From Amoebidium appalachense (taxonomy: Eukaryota > Protista > Ichthyosporea), in assembly GCA_963693365.1 (NCBI GenBank), contig CAVNZM010000006.1, positions 4,381,264 to 4,445,263 on the forward strand: 64,000 bases of DNA, written 5' to 3'. The notes under the pieces are model-generated. The model did not search any database. It was given only the letters and a program-made list of their open reading frames with translations, and was not told where the DNA came from. Made by a program: the position numbers and the translations under genes. Shown piece by piece: positions 1 through 23,455 of this stretch; the first letter of the stretch is position 1, and the number at the start of each line of letters is the position of its first letter.

Positions 1-208
1 GCTAGAAGATCGTGCTACATGAACAAATGGTCTTAACTCAGCCATACATGGGGGATAGATAGTATCACACAACCATGGTTCCCCCACTCTCCCCAGCCTC
101 CTGTGCACGTGTGCCTCCCCTGCTCCTGTGCCCCCCCTGCTGCCGGAACCACGGCCCCCAGTGGTGGCATTCCAACACGTGCATACCATGGTTCCCCCAC
201 CCCCCCAG

Positions 209-342
209 CCTGCTGCACAGGCAACATACACTATGCATACATAATATTTATCCACGCTGTGAGTGGCTCGCCAGTCTCGCCTGCTCCTCTGCCTCCTCTG
301 CCTCCTCTGCCTCCCGTCCTGCCGGAACCAGGCCCCCCAGTG
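209..342. repeat. Direct repeat copy 1 (partner 1194-1316) flanking the HNH-AP2 gene
   Basis: cctgctgcacaggcaacatacactatgcatacataatatttatccacgctgtg...ctgccggaaccaggcccc(cc)agtg is near-identical in both copies; this copy has one extra cctctgcct unit. Confidence 0.95.
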
Positions 343-360
343 TAGTGGCTTCTGCCTTTA

Positions 361-1212
361 TTACGCAAACAGCCGCATGATGCTACCAGCCGGGACACCC
401 AGTTTGCCCTGGGCAGTGACGTCAGCCACAAATGTGGGCGATACGATTGGCTCCACCTTCGGCTCTGGAATGTGTGGTGCCATCAGCACTTCAAAGTCCT
501 GCACCATGCCTGGGTCTGTCCAGCCACGTGCCTGTGTGCAGTAGACACGCCAGTGGGCTCTGGCCACGTGCACGGCCTCCACGTAGTCTGCATACACCCC
601 CACCCTGTGGTACTGGCCCTTCTTCTGCACCATAGGCAGCCGCACCTCGAAGAGTCCACCGGCACGTGTGTTTACAAAGCGGCATGGCTGCCCTGCAACT
701 CCTTTCTTAAGCTTATTATAAGCTGTTGGCTGAAGGCAGAGATTGGTCCGCCGGTTGTCGGAAGCCACTTGGTTGCGGTGATCTATCTGTGTGCCCGGGC
801 CCATGGTGATAAGGCCCTGGAAATAGCACACCAGCTGGTGCGCTTGTGGTGCCTCGGCCACGTGCATGTTCCAGCCCGGCAGGAACAATCGCAGGTAGCC
901 ATACTTCTCGCACACCCACCCCACACGTGCTGCCCACGCCATGTCCTCCTCGGAGAAACGCCAATCACATCCGCCCATGCTTATCGTATCCACCCCCACC
1001 TGGGTGATCTCATTGGCTTCACTCCACGTGTCTATCACAGGCTCGTCGTTCTTATCGTACCAGAACAGTCCATACCCTTGGCCATTGTCATTCTCCTCAT
1101 ACCATTGTACTAGTTGCTTTGGTTCGTATATGCCTAAAGCCACCAGAAACTTACACCACTGTGGCGCCTCATGCACATTCTCATTGTTAATAACCTGCTG
1201 CACAGGCAACAT
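361..1212 (-). CDS. HNH-AP2-type homing-endonuclease-like protein (283 aa, intronless)
   Basis: Phage-style HNH motif WRFSEEDMAW..GW....GYL...AHQLV...IDHRNQVASDNRRTNL, followed by an AP2-like segment FEVRLP....QYHRVGVYADYVEAVHVARAHW; ATG at 1212. Confidence 0.8.
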   Translation of the reverse strand: MLPVQQVINNENVHEAPQWCKFLVALGIYEPKQLVQWYEENDNGQGYGLFWYDKNDEPVIDTWSEANEITQVGVDTISMGGCDWRFSEEDMAWAARVGWVCEKYGYLRLFLPGWNMHVAEAPQAHQLVCYFQGLITMGPGTQIDHRNQVASDNRRTNLCLQPTAYNKLKKGVAGQPCRFVNTRAGGLFEVRLPMVQKKGQYHRVGVYADYVEAVHVARAHWRVYCTQARGWTDPGMVQDFEVLMAPHIPEPKVEPIVSPTFVADVTAQGKLGVPAGSIMRLFA

Positions 1213-1316
1213 ACACTATGCATACATAATATTTATCCACGCTGTGGGTGGCTCGCCAGTCTCGCCTGCTCCTCTGCCTCCTCTGCCTCCCGTCCTGCCG
1301 GAACCAGGCCCCAGTG
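1194..1316. repeat. Direct repeat copy 2; contains the upstream region and first six codons (MLPVQQ) of the HNH-AP2 gene
   Basis: Direct alignment to 209-342. Confidence 0.95.
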
Positions 1317-1360
1317 GTGGCAGTGAGTGTCTTACATGCTAGTGATTTGCTATTATATGG

Positions 1361-1471
1361 CCACATGGCCAGATGGCCAGATCATTTTGACTCCCCGTTT
1401 TATCCCGTTTTATCCCGTTTTATCCACCTCTTTTCACACACTGAATTTGATCTGGCCATCTGGCCATCTGG
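1361..1471. repeat. 24-bp inverted repeat enclosing three tandem cccgttttat units
   Basis: ccacatggccagatggccagatca (1361-1384) versus tgatctggccatctggccatctgg (1448-1471), one mismatch. Confidence 0.85.
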
Positions 1472-1583
1472 GTATAAACCGTTTTCTGTTCTAATATTGG
1501 AGAACTGTCGATAGTGATAGAAAATGTCATTGGAAGAACAATCGGGAAATCCCGCGGTGTGACAACCAATCAGAATGAAGCAA

Positions 1584-2039
1584 TATTGGGATATTCGGGT
1601 TGGTTGTAAGGTTTTTCGGATCGGGCCGAAGGCCCTAACGGGCCGCAGGCCCGCCTATTGGGCCGCCAGGCCCTAGGCCGCCAGGCCCTAGGCCGCCAGG
1701 CCCTAGGCCGCCAGGCCCTAGGCCGCCAGGCCTGGGGCCCCGGGGACCGGGGGCCTCCCCCACCCCCGCGAGCCACCCCCGGCCCGACCCGACCCGGCCC
1801 GGCCCGCGGGGGAGGGGGTTAGCAGAGTCTGCTAACCAGAGTCTGCTAACCCCCCTCCCCCGCGGGCCGGGCCGGGCCGGGTCGGGCCGGGGGTGGCTCG
1901 CGGGGGTGGGGAGGCCCCCGGTCCCCGGGGCCCCAGGCCTGGCGGCCTAGGGCCTGGCGGCCCAATAGGCGGGCCTGCGGCCCGTTAGGGCCTTCGGCCC
2001 GATCCGGAAAACCTTACAACCAACCCGAATATCCCAATA
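1584..2039. repeat. 456-bp GC-rich palindrome with essentially no spacer
   Basis: The arms tattgggatattcgggttggttgtaagg... and ...ccttacaaccaacccgaatatcccaata are reverse complements. The centre is GGTTAGCAGA-G-TCTGCTAACC with a 14-bp tandem duplication (1823-1836/1837-1850). The 15-mer ggccgccaggcccta occurs as 4 full copies on the left and 1 on the right. Confidence 0.97.
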
Positions 2040-2641
2040 ACATGCGCATATATATGGGCCAGTTTCACGTACATATGGACGTGCTCCAGGTATCATAAAT
2101 GGGCCCGTTTCACGTACATACAAACAGGTTAGCACGGCCCAACTGATGATGGGCGTGAGCCCCGCGGCCGTCACATTTGCACACATAAAGAGTGGGACGT
2201 TCATCAGCATGCGTAATACTTTCTCACAATTTCATCTCTAGTTATCTCAAATATATCTCACCGACTTCGTAATGATGATTCATATCTAAGAATGGATGAT
2301 AGATAGCCGCATGCACAATGCTATGAATTTCATGATACATTTACATGCGCATGTGCCAACGATCATCGGATTCATGCCCATGCAGTGCACATGTGGCCTT
2401 GTACATAGAGCCATGTACATGCCTACAGCGCCGAGCAAGTTACTCATTTTCAGGGCCGTTAGGTTACAATAGTTGTACAGTAGTCATACCAATAAGTCGA
2501 CCAGAACAGTTTCCGTGACAGGCCCACGGCAATGTTGTTTTTGGCTCTGTTGTGGTTTTTGGGAGCCACAACAATTGCTCAGGCTGTGCCTTTAGCCGCG
2601 TACCTCGCGTACGACGTCAACAGTTATAAAACTGATGTGCC

Positions 2642-3445
2642 ATGGCACATCTATTCCCAAATGACACATTTCCGTTTCTTCTCTCACGTAACAATAATCC
2701 AGTTTCCTTATTTTCCCTGCTTGGTCTTACTAAGGTTGATTGCATGAACCTCCTCTGGCGCATCCTTGATAACCCGGAACTTGTTGCTCCTCTTTTAGTT
2801 TTGGGATCAAGTGAAATGTATGAAGCATTCGCAAAAGGACACTTGACACATGTAGGTGCCCTTGCTCACGACCAGGAAGTGCAGTTCTATCCTACCACAC
2901 TTCAGACCTGCGCCAACCGTGCACGTCCCACGGCCGTAGAAATACACCAATATTTTGCAGCTACCTATGGTGTATCCCACTATGTGCAAAACCCTGACCT
3001 AGAAATAGCCTCGAGGCAAGGGCTCACAATTGCACACCCAAGAACACCTGAACTACAGAGACACACGTCCAGTGTTCACACTGCACGCAACGACCTTTTA
3101 CAAAGCATGTACAAGCCAAACCTTCTTCGCGCTTTCCTCTTTGAATATTTCATGTCCCCAAACTACGTACCAAAAGTGGTGTCTACCTCCTACATATTTG
3201 ACACAGACGGCACAGTAGAATTTGCAAACCACGAATTTTCCGTTGGGTTGTTTGATGCCTTGTGTTCTATGACACAGGCAAATATTCGGATATGGACTGA
3301 AGTAATGCTGGGTCTTCACCCACGCCACATTGTCATGCAAGAAAAATCACACCAGAACTTTAGACGTCTTATATCAAGAAACCGAAACAGGCTACAATAT
3401 ATACTAAATGGAAATCCCAGAAGATGTTTTCGAACACATAACTGA
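2642..3445 (+). CDS. Intronless hypothetical protein (267 aa), no family recognised
   Basis: Long high-complexity ORF with an ATG; TATAAAA lies just upstream (~2626). Confidence 0.6.
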   Translation: MAHLFPNDTFPFLLSRNNNPVSLFSLLGLTKVDCMNLLWRILDNPELVAPLLVLGSSEMYEAFAKGHLTHVGALAHDQEVQFYPTTLQTCANRARPTAVEIHQYFAATYGVSHYVQNPDLEIASRQGLTIAHPRTPELQRHTSSVHTARNDLLQSMYKPNLLRAFLFEYFMSPNYVPKVVSTSYIFDTDGTVEFANHEFSVGLFDALCSMTQANIRIWTEVMLGLHPRHIVMQEKSHQNFRRLISRNRNRLQYILNGNPRRCFRTHN

Positions 3446-3608
3446 ATGGAAACTCAACACCCAAACACTTACAGAAGCCAACGCTTGTGGCTTTTGCACT
3501 AATCATGGCTATTTGTGTATATTTTCATTTCTCATGCCCCTTTCTACACGTGTTTATGCATGTGTGTGCGCACCTCTGGCTTCAGTCACGCAGGCGTGCC
3601 CCCGCCAG

Positions 3609-4056
3609 GGGGCACGCAGAACCAAGAAGTGGCTAGTATATCATACTTTGCGTGGTGGCCGCGGCATAATTGTGTTGGAGTGCAACTGTGCTTCCTCGCT
3701 TCACTGTTCGAAGAGCTGGTGCCAGAACCTTTCGAGCTTGCTTCTATTCAAGTACAGTATATGGCACGGGTATGGCACTAAAACGTCTTTTGTTATTCAT
3801 TGCACACCATACTGGCTTGGTATGTGAACAATAGGGGCACGCAGAACCAAGAAGTGGCTAGTATATCATACTTTGCGCGGTGGCCGCGGCATAATTGTGT
3901 TGGAGTGCAACTGTGCTTCCTCGCTTCACTGTTCGAAGAGCTGGTGCCAGAACCTTTCGAGCTTGCTTCTATTCAAGTACAGTATATGGCACGGGTATGG
4001 CACTAAAACGTCTTTTGTTATTCATTGCACACCATACTGGCTTGGTATGTGAACAA
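3609..4056. repeat. Tandem duplication, 2 x ~224 bp
   Basis: ggggcacgcagaaccaagaag...ggtatgtgaacaa occurs at 3609-3831 and 3834-4056, near-identical. Confidence 0.95.
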
Positions 4057-4400
4057 GTAGTGAGGGGATAGCAGAAACAGTAGGTCAGGTCTTGGTCTGG
4101 TAACCGCTCACCGCCATAACTTCGCAACTTGAAATGAAACAACAGCATTTGTGGTACTACCGTTACCTCGCGCATGTCTAATATACGTAGTGGTTGGCTG
4201 AGCTCGGTATTAAACAACATCTGCTCGCTCTTGTGCAGACCATAGTGGGCTACTGTGGCAGATCTGAGTGAGGAGCAGATGACCTTACAAACAGCGTTTC
4301 TGTGCATGGCACACGGTCAATGTGTGTTTCTATGCTATAGAACTTCAAACAAGAACTTCGTTGTGTCAATTAGGCAGCGTTTATGGTGCTTTAGAATACC
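3834..4400 (-). pseudogene. Possible decayed intronless gene of unknown function
   Basis: Protein-like frames (GILKHHKRCLIDTTKFLFEVL*HRNTH*PCAMHRNAVCKV...; ITKDVLVPYPCHILYLNRSKLERFWHQLFEQ*...) interrupted by TGA/TAG. Confidence 0.3.
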
Positions 4401-4756
4401 TCCAGAGAGAAAAAGCAGCCTGGGGGGCTGGAGCATGGAGTAAGGGAGGGAGCGAAAAGGGAAGGCTTCTCGAAGCCATGGCCCGGACGTGACATTCCAC
4501 ACTCATCACCAACATTCGAAAGTGTAGGGGTCAGGATAACATGAAACAAGGTTATTGTGCATAACGAAGGCCTTTTTTGTTTGGGAAATAGTAAGGAGAA
4601 AAGGTGCAAAACGCAAGCAGAAAAGTCCCCGGCCAAAAGCGCCAGGCCTGACAGCCGCCACCCACCGCGGAATCGATCGATCGTATTAGAGAAATTTTCA
4701 AGTCTAGAAGACGGAAAAACACCGCTTCTAGCCGCGAGCGATTTTCCTCCCAGGGA

Positions 4757-5315
4757 GATAGCCCACGCCACCTACAGGTACATCACCACCCACCGGGTAG
4801 CACCCAAGGACAGCAAGGGCCCCATCACCGAGCACCGGATGCCCATCTACCAGGTGGTGGCCCTGAACGACGGGGGAGACCCGGCCAACCAATGGAGGGA
4901 GATTCACTATTTCCGGAGCAGCCTGCCCCTGGAGCAGCAGGTCACCCAGCCGATGCTGCACCTCCGTGCCAACCAGCAAGAGGCCCCCCTACTAGCCAAC
5001 CCCCCCCCCCCCCCCCCCCCCCCCCTCGGAGCCGCCCCCCCCCCCTCCCCCTGGGTCAGGCCCCCGAGCCACCAATGCACAGCACACCCATTCGACCTGC
5101 AAACCCCCCCCACCCCCCGGAGACTCACCCCCATGGCCACGAACCTGGTACCCCGGGCACCTACGAGGAATGGCAACACCACATCCAACAGCTCCCCCCC
5201 GACACCCCCATTACCGTCTACACCGACGGCAGCCAGCTGACCCACCCTGGCAAACGGACGGCCCGTGCCGGGGCAGGGGCCGTCCTGGACATCCCAGACC
5301 GGACCGGCCCGCATT
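4757..5315 (+). mobile_element. Retroelement fragment encoding the start of an RNase H domain
   Basis: GC-rich coding stretch ending ...PITVYTDGSQL....ARAGAGAV, the RNase H1 first catalytic motif. The frame changes across a poly-C run and the fragment is truncated at 5315. Confidence 0.65.
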
Positions 5316-6952
5316 TGTAACGGCATACACCCGTCCAGGTGACCCGTCTGCCACCTACTGAGATGGCTCCTTATTTTTCCTTACACATTTAGCGAACACT
5401 GGACTCTATATCGAAGCGTCGAGGCGCCGCGACAGAAAGCATGCACGCGGTCGCGACAGTGTAAGGAAATATCGGACCTGCAGCGAACGTAAAGTTCAAC
5501 GCAGCGCGTGCACACCGTCAGTACGTGTGAGGTGACCCGTCTGAACAGCGTCTGAACACATCACTGTCATCAGCCAATCACGGATTCCCAAAATTCCATA
5601 ACCTATCTCTCTCCTCTCCCTGTCGCGCTCGCTCTCCCCCCTTCTCGCTCCCCGGGGTCCCCTGGCCCCAGGGCCTCTCCCTCGAGCTCGCTTCCTCTCA
5701 CTCCACGATATAGTGATATTCGATGTAGTGTCAGAGTGGTGCAAGGCAAACCTTATGATCCTTAACATAGACAAATGTGGTGTTCTTGTACCTGATATAG
5801 CTAACAATTTACACACATTTACATTATCATCTAAACCTGTACCTATAGTTCCAGAATACAAATATCTTGGTGTTCCGGTTGATTCTGTTGGTGTTATGTT
5901 TCCCCATATGGTCGAAAAGAGGGTAGAGTTGGCTCGTAAGCGGTTAGCTTTCTTCTCGGCTAATATTTTTAAAGACACACCCCTCCATCCTTCTATTAGA
6001 CTTACATTTATTCGCACTTCTGTCTTCCCGGCATGTGAATATGGTTTACCCCTTCTCGCCGCTTGGATCAAGAAAGAGAGAACTAGAGCGCTTAAACCCT
6101 TGGCAAATTTCCTTGAAGCAGAAGTTGCCTCCTTTCTATCTAACAACTGTTGTAAACCTGGGCCTGTAACGCTCTCGATATATGGTCTGGTCCCAATAGC
6201 TGCTAGAGTATCCTATCTCGCGCTGAAATTCAATAAGCACATAAGCCGCTTAAAGAAGTATTTGCCCTCCCACCCTCTCTTCTCTATCCGACCTGTCCCC
6301 TCCTCACCTCTCCCCTCTTTCCTCCCCTCTCTCTCCCCTTCTCCCCTGGGCACAAATACAAATAAACCCCGCAATAGTGTGTGTGTGACTTTGGACTGCC
6401 ACTTACTTATTAAACATGTACACAATCACAAGATAATCACGCAATATAACAAATGGAAAAAGATACCACACGACACTAGACCCGATGAAAGCATACACCT
6501 TGAAAAACTAAGCCTTATGTCTCGTTTTATATATACTGACCGCCTCAACCATATTGCCAAATATGGCACTCGCAAGTGTATAACACCTAAATACATATTA
6601 CCTTCCTGTAGAACTGGTCTTTCTCTAGCTGATGGTATTATTGATCAATTACCACGCTTTTACTGTACACGTGCTATACAGTGGAGATCTAATAAGTATA
6701 AGGTGGCATCATTTGCATGCCCAAACAACACACACACACACCAGTTTAACCGGTCATGTATCGCCAAATGTAGTTTGATAGACCACATAATACCGCAACA
6801 CACACACGTCACATTCACAACAGACACCCAGAAAGATAGCCTACCTGTAAATTACAACATCCTTGATTTTATACTAAACACGCGTAACTACGACCTGTTT
6901 ATTAGATGTATTGATTGGCTTGAGAAACACATCACTACAAAATTATAGCGCA

Positions 6953-7015
<63 letters not shown>

Positions 7016-7047
7016 CCAGCTGATACCGAGTGTCCCGAGGGGAGCCC

Positions 7048-7097
<50 letters not shown>

Positions 7098-7315
7098 GGG
7101 GAACCCCAACTAATTGATTTCTCCTTGTAGTCTTTATGGTGTCTCGTAGAGAAAGTAAACCCTGATATATAGTCACCACCCGACATCTATGTACGTGATC
7201 ATGATATACCGCTGAGGGGATATTCCGAGCAAAACCCCCCCCCCATACCTGAGACTGGTTCTCTTTGCCTCGAGTAAACAGCGTAAACCCCCCCATAGTG
7301 ATATATCCCGTTATA
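5316..7315. mobile_element. Probable solo LTR (~415 bp) interrupted by a LINE insertion
   Basis: Starts TGTAACGG (5316) and ends CCGTTATA (7308-7315), a one-mismatch inverted repeat once the LINE and one TSD copy are removed. No LTR TSD is visible. Confidence 0.4.
5720..7294 (+). mobile_element. 5'-truncated LINE copy with 10-bp TSD ATAGTGATAT
   Basis: Nearly identical to ~32064-33651, with one aa difference visible (RTSV versus RTFV). TSD at 5710-5719 and 7295-7304. Ends gcgtaaa(C)7. Confidence 0.95.
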
Positions 7316-7493
7316 AAATCCATTCATGATCATGATTTAGCTGGAGCGCTGCGCTCTAGCTATGAGCCTTCTGGCTGCTATAGCTGCGGGCATCGTTTTC
7401 TTCGCACGTACGTCGCAACAGACAAAAGTCGCAGCGTGAACCTCAGTTTCAAGTTCTTGTAGGCCACAAGTAGCCTTTTTTATCAGATCCAAG

Positions 7494-19743
<12,250 letters not shown>

Positions 19744-19869
19744 TCGATATATATATACTTTTTTTAACACAATATAGCTAACGTATACAGATGTGATAGT
19801 GTCGTGTTTTTGGTTGTTGGATGATCACAACCCCGAACTTTCTCTGAACACACACACTCCTTCCCCCCC

Positions 19870-19902
<33 letters not shown>

Positions 19903-20020
19903 ACCTCCACCACCACCACCACCACCACCACCACCACCACAGCGGCGGTCACCGCCTTCTGCGTTATGAAGCGATGAGCAGCTGTTTTTTTTTTTTGTTT
20001 TTTTTTTTTGGCAATGTGGT

Positions 20021-20058
<38 letters not shown>

Positions 20059-20363
20059 AAAGCACCACAATGAATGATTGTTGCTAAGGTTTTGTTGATC
20101 GGAAGTCATATGAGAATCGCTCAGGCCTGCCCTGTCGAACTACCCATCGCAGTGCATTTTTTTGAATAGGTTAAAAGTAACCATATAGAATTTATCATAT
20201 GTTACATATTCTAGTTACAATCTACTAGTGCTGTTATGATTGATTTATCGATTGCTCAAGATAGGTGTGGGCTGTAGGATTGTAATATGGTTGTTGTAGT
20301 TGGTGCGCGGCACATAAATAGATCTTGCATCAGATTTCCACCAGAGAAATCCTAGATCAAAGT

Positions 20364-20628
20364 GGGGGGTTTACACTGTTTACTCGAGGCAAAGAGAGAC
20401 CAGTCTCAGGTATGGGGGTTTTTTGCTCGGAATATCCCCTCAGCGGTATATCGTGATCACGTACATAGATGTCGGGTGATGATTACTTATCAGGGTTTAT
20501 TTTCTCTACGAGACACCATAAAGACAAAGAAGAATCAATCAGTTGGGGTTCCCCGTTTTGTTTTGTTTTTCTTTTCTTTTCTTTTTTTTTTTTTCCTGGG
20601 CTCCCCTGGGACACTCGGTATCAGCTGG

Positions 20629-20669
<41 letters not shown>

Positions 20670-21337
20670 CGCGCGCGCGCTAGAATTTTGTAATGATGTG
20701 TTTCTCAAGCCAATCAATACATCTAATAAACAGGTCGTAGTTACGCGTGTTTAGTATAAAATCAAGGATGTTGTAATTTTCTGGTAGGCTATCTTTCTGG
20801 GTGTCTGTTTTGAATGTGACGTGCGTGTGTTGCGGTATTATGTGGTCTATCAAACTACATTTGGCGATACATGACCGTTTAAACTGGTGTGTGTGTGTGT
20901 TGTTTGGGCATGCAAACGATGCCACCTTATACTTATTAGATCTCCTCTGTATAGCACGTGTACAGTAAAAGCGTGGTATGTGATCAATAATATCATCAGC
21001 TAGAGAAAGACCAATTCTACAGGAAGGTAATATGTATTTAGGTGTTACACATTTGCGAGTGCCATATTTGGCAATATGGTTAATGCGGTCATTATATATA
21101 AAACGAGACATAAGGCTTAGTTTTTCAAGGTGTATGCTTTCATCGGGTCTGGTGTCGTGTGGTATCTTTTTCCATTTGTTATATTGCGTAATTATTTTGT
21201 GATTGTGTACATGTCTAATAAGTAAGTGGCAGTCCAAAGTCACACGCACACTTTTGCTGGGTTTATTTGTATTTGTGCCCGGGGGAGAAGGAGAGAGAGA
21301 GGGAAGGAAAGAGGGGAGAGGTGAGGAGGGGACAGGT
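20364..21337 (-). mobile_element. 5'-truncated, diverged copy of the same LINE family
   Basis: Reverse complement of the RT C-terminus, (CA)n, A-rich tract and 3' tail, ending gtgtaaa(C)6. No clear TSD. Confidence 0.93.
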
Positions 21338-21812
21338 GTCAATTGCGATTGTAATTCTGTTAACGTTAGATCGGTGGTAGTAGCATATATGATCCGGCAT
21401 AACTACGTGATACTCCCGAGGAGCTCAAATAAAAACTGGAATGATGCACACATATGCATTCAATCGCGCTATGCATAATGTGTATGTGATCTAGACCCCC
21501 CCCCCCCCCCCCGCCCCGGGGACCCCACCCATACCCAAGCACCCTTGGTTTATGCACCCATTCCCCAACACTCATGTTCTATTTATCTGGTGGCTACTGT
21601 GAACTCATGTGCATGCAAGTACATAAATCATTGGCATAGGTATAGAATGAACTCACTCCGCCAGCGGAGGGTGATTAGAGGCCAAAGGGCCTGGGAAACT
21701 AATATGTTATATATAGTATTGTAGGGGGCCTAAGGGATGATGTCATGGGTTTGCAGGTGTCATCCTATATTTCGCCTGATATGTGTGTGTGTGTGTGTGG
21801 TGTGTGTGCTTG

Positions 21813-21871
<59 letters not shown>

Positions 21872-21945
21872 CAGGCGGGGGCAGGATGGGTGGGGCGTGG
21901 GGGGAGGGGGGAGGGAGGGGGGAGTGGTGGGTCGTATAGGTGTGT

Positions 21946-21993
<48 letters not shown>

Positions 21994-22028
21994 CAGGCGG
22001 TGGCAGGATGGGTGAGGCGCGGGGGGAG

Positions 22029-22178
22029 GGGTTTGAATGCGGAACACAGTACGAAGTACGCATACACGACGAGAAGCATGGTGCAGGACACATGCAAAGG
22101 CAAACATTCAAGTATGCAACATCAGCCATGTGCACAGTATGCGTCATAAGCAGAGCCCATCCTCAGGGAGGACCCAAG
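22029..22178 (-). repeat. ~150-bp dispersed SINE-like repeat, second copy
   Basis: Reverse complement of 14321-14470 with a few substitutions. Confidence 0.85.
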
Positions 22179-23291
22179 TCATCAATTGCGTCTGAGTTTC
22201 GACCCCTTAGCCCGCGTATATACGACGCTCCAACTCAGACAGCAGCATCAACTGAACTTGGGCGGGTCAACCCGTCTTGATCAAAGACGAGCAGGGTTGC
22301 TTATGCAAGCAAGGTGAGCAAAACGGTGAAGATGTGTGTGCAAACTAATGCAGTGCAGCGAAAAATGCGTATGTGCTTACAGATGCACGACACAGAGCAA
22401 CCATGCCCGGTTGCATGGAAGTAAAGCGGTCTCCACACAGTGGTCCGTCCTGAAAGGACACCTCTGAAAGGGGGGGGGGGGGAGTGGGAGGGGTGGGTCG
22501 TGTAGGTGTGTGTGTGTGTGTGCGAATAGGTGGGTGGTGTGTGTATGTGAAAATGTGTGTGTACGTGCACGTGTATGTGTGCGTGTGAGCCTGTGTGTGT
22601 GTATTGGGGGGAGGAGGGAGGGGGGAGGGGGGGGAGGGTTTGCACAGTACAAACCGCACAACCGGCATTGTTTTTAACCAAGGCCAGTAACAATCGAATA
22701 TTAACATATAATCAGACTAACTTTAAAAGTGGCCAAGTACGTGACCAAGTTTTTCACACACATATTGCTATACAGGGAGACCACCAACACCCCGGCATGG
22801 CATACCCATCCAATCCCCCCAAAAGCCTAAAGTATCCCCACCAAAAAAATTGGGTTTTATCTCCTCGAGTATATAGGCCAAGTCAATTCTATTTCTGGAA
22901 TTGCTTAGTGAATCAGATGTAAAAAATAGACACCTGTTTCTGTACCTTAGAATTATAAAAAGCCCACAAAAGGAGACCAAACCCCCTGAGGAATGTATAG
23001 ACACTCAAGTACTATGATTATTGGCAAAGTGTATTGAATAACAGCACCATATACATATCCAGACCAAATACATCCTGCATGATCATTGACACCCTCCACC
23101 GAACAATTCTACCATTTTTGGCCTTAAGAAAAGGCACGAACAAGCGACTAACACCCACCACCACCACCATCAAAAGAAAAAAAAAATCTACATCTGAAAA
23201 TTGAAAATAGGCCCGTATACAAACAGGGGGTAAACCTCACTGTTATCCAATAGACTAGACTTTCTCCAAGCCAAAAAAAAAAAAAAAAAAA

Positions 23292-23325
<34 letters not shown>

Positions 23326-23366
23326 GAAGAAGAAAGGGGAAAAAGCAAAAAAAAAAAACAGAAAAA

Positions 23367-23398
<32 letters not shown>

Positions 23399-23455
23399 AA
23401 AAAAAGGGGGGGGGGGGGGGGGGGGAGGAGAAGAAAAAGAACCCATCTACACCAA

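Noticed and set aside
1584-2039. Palindrome as a long-read fold-back artefact
   Set aside because: The arms differ (15-mer copy number, point differences) and the flanks are unique on each side. Read-level confirmation is still needed.
6943-7323. Antisense ORF across the LINE 3' tail
   Set aside because: It has no conserved start, its frame differs between copies, and the differences are largely non-synonymous.
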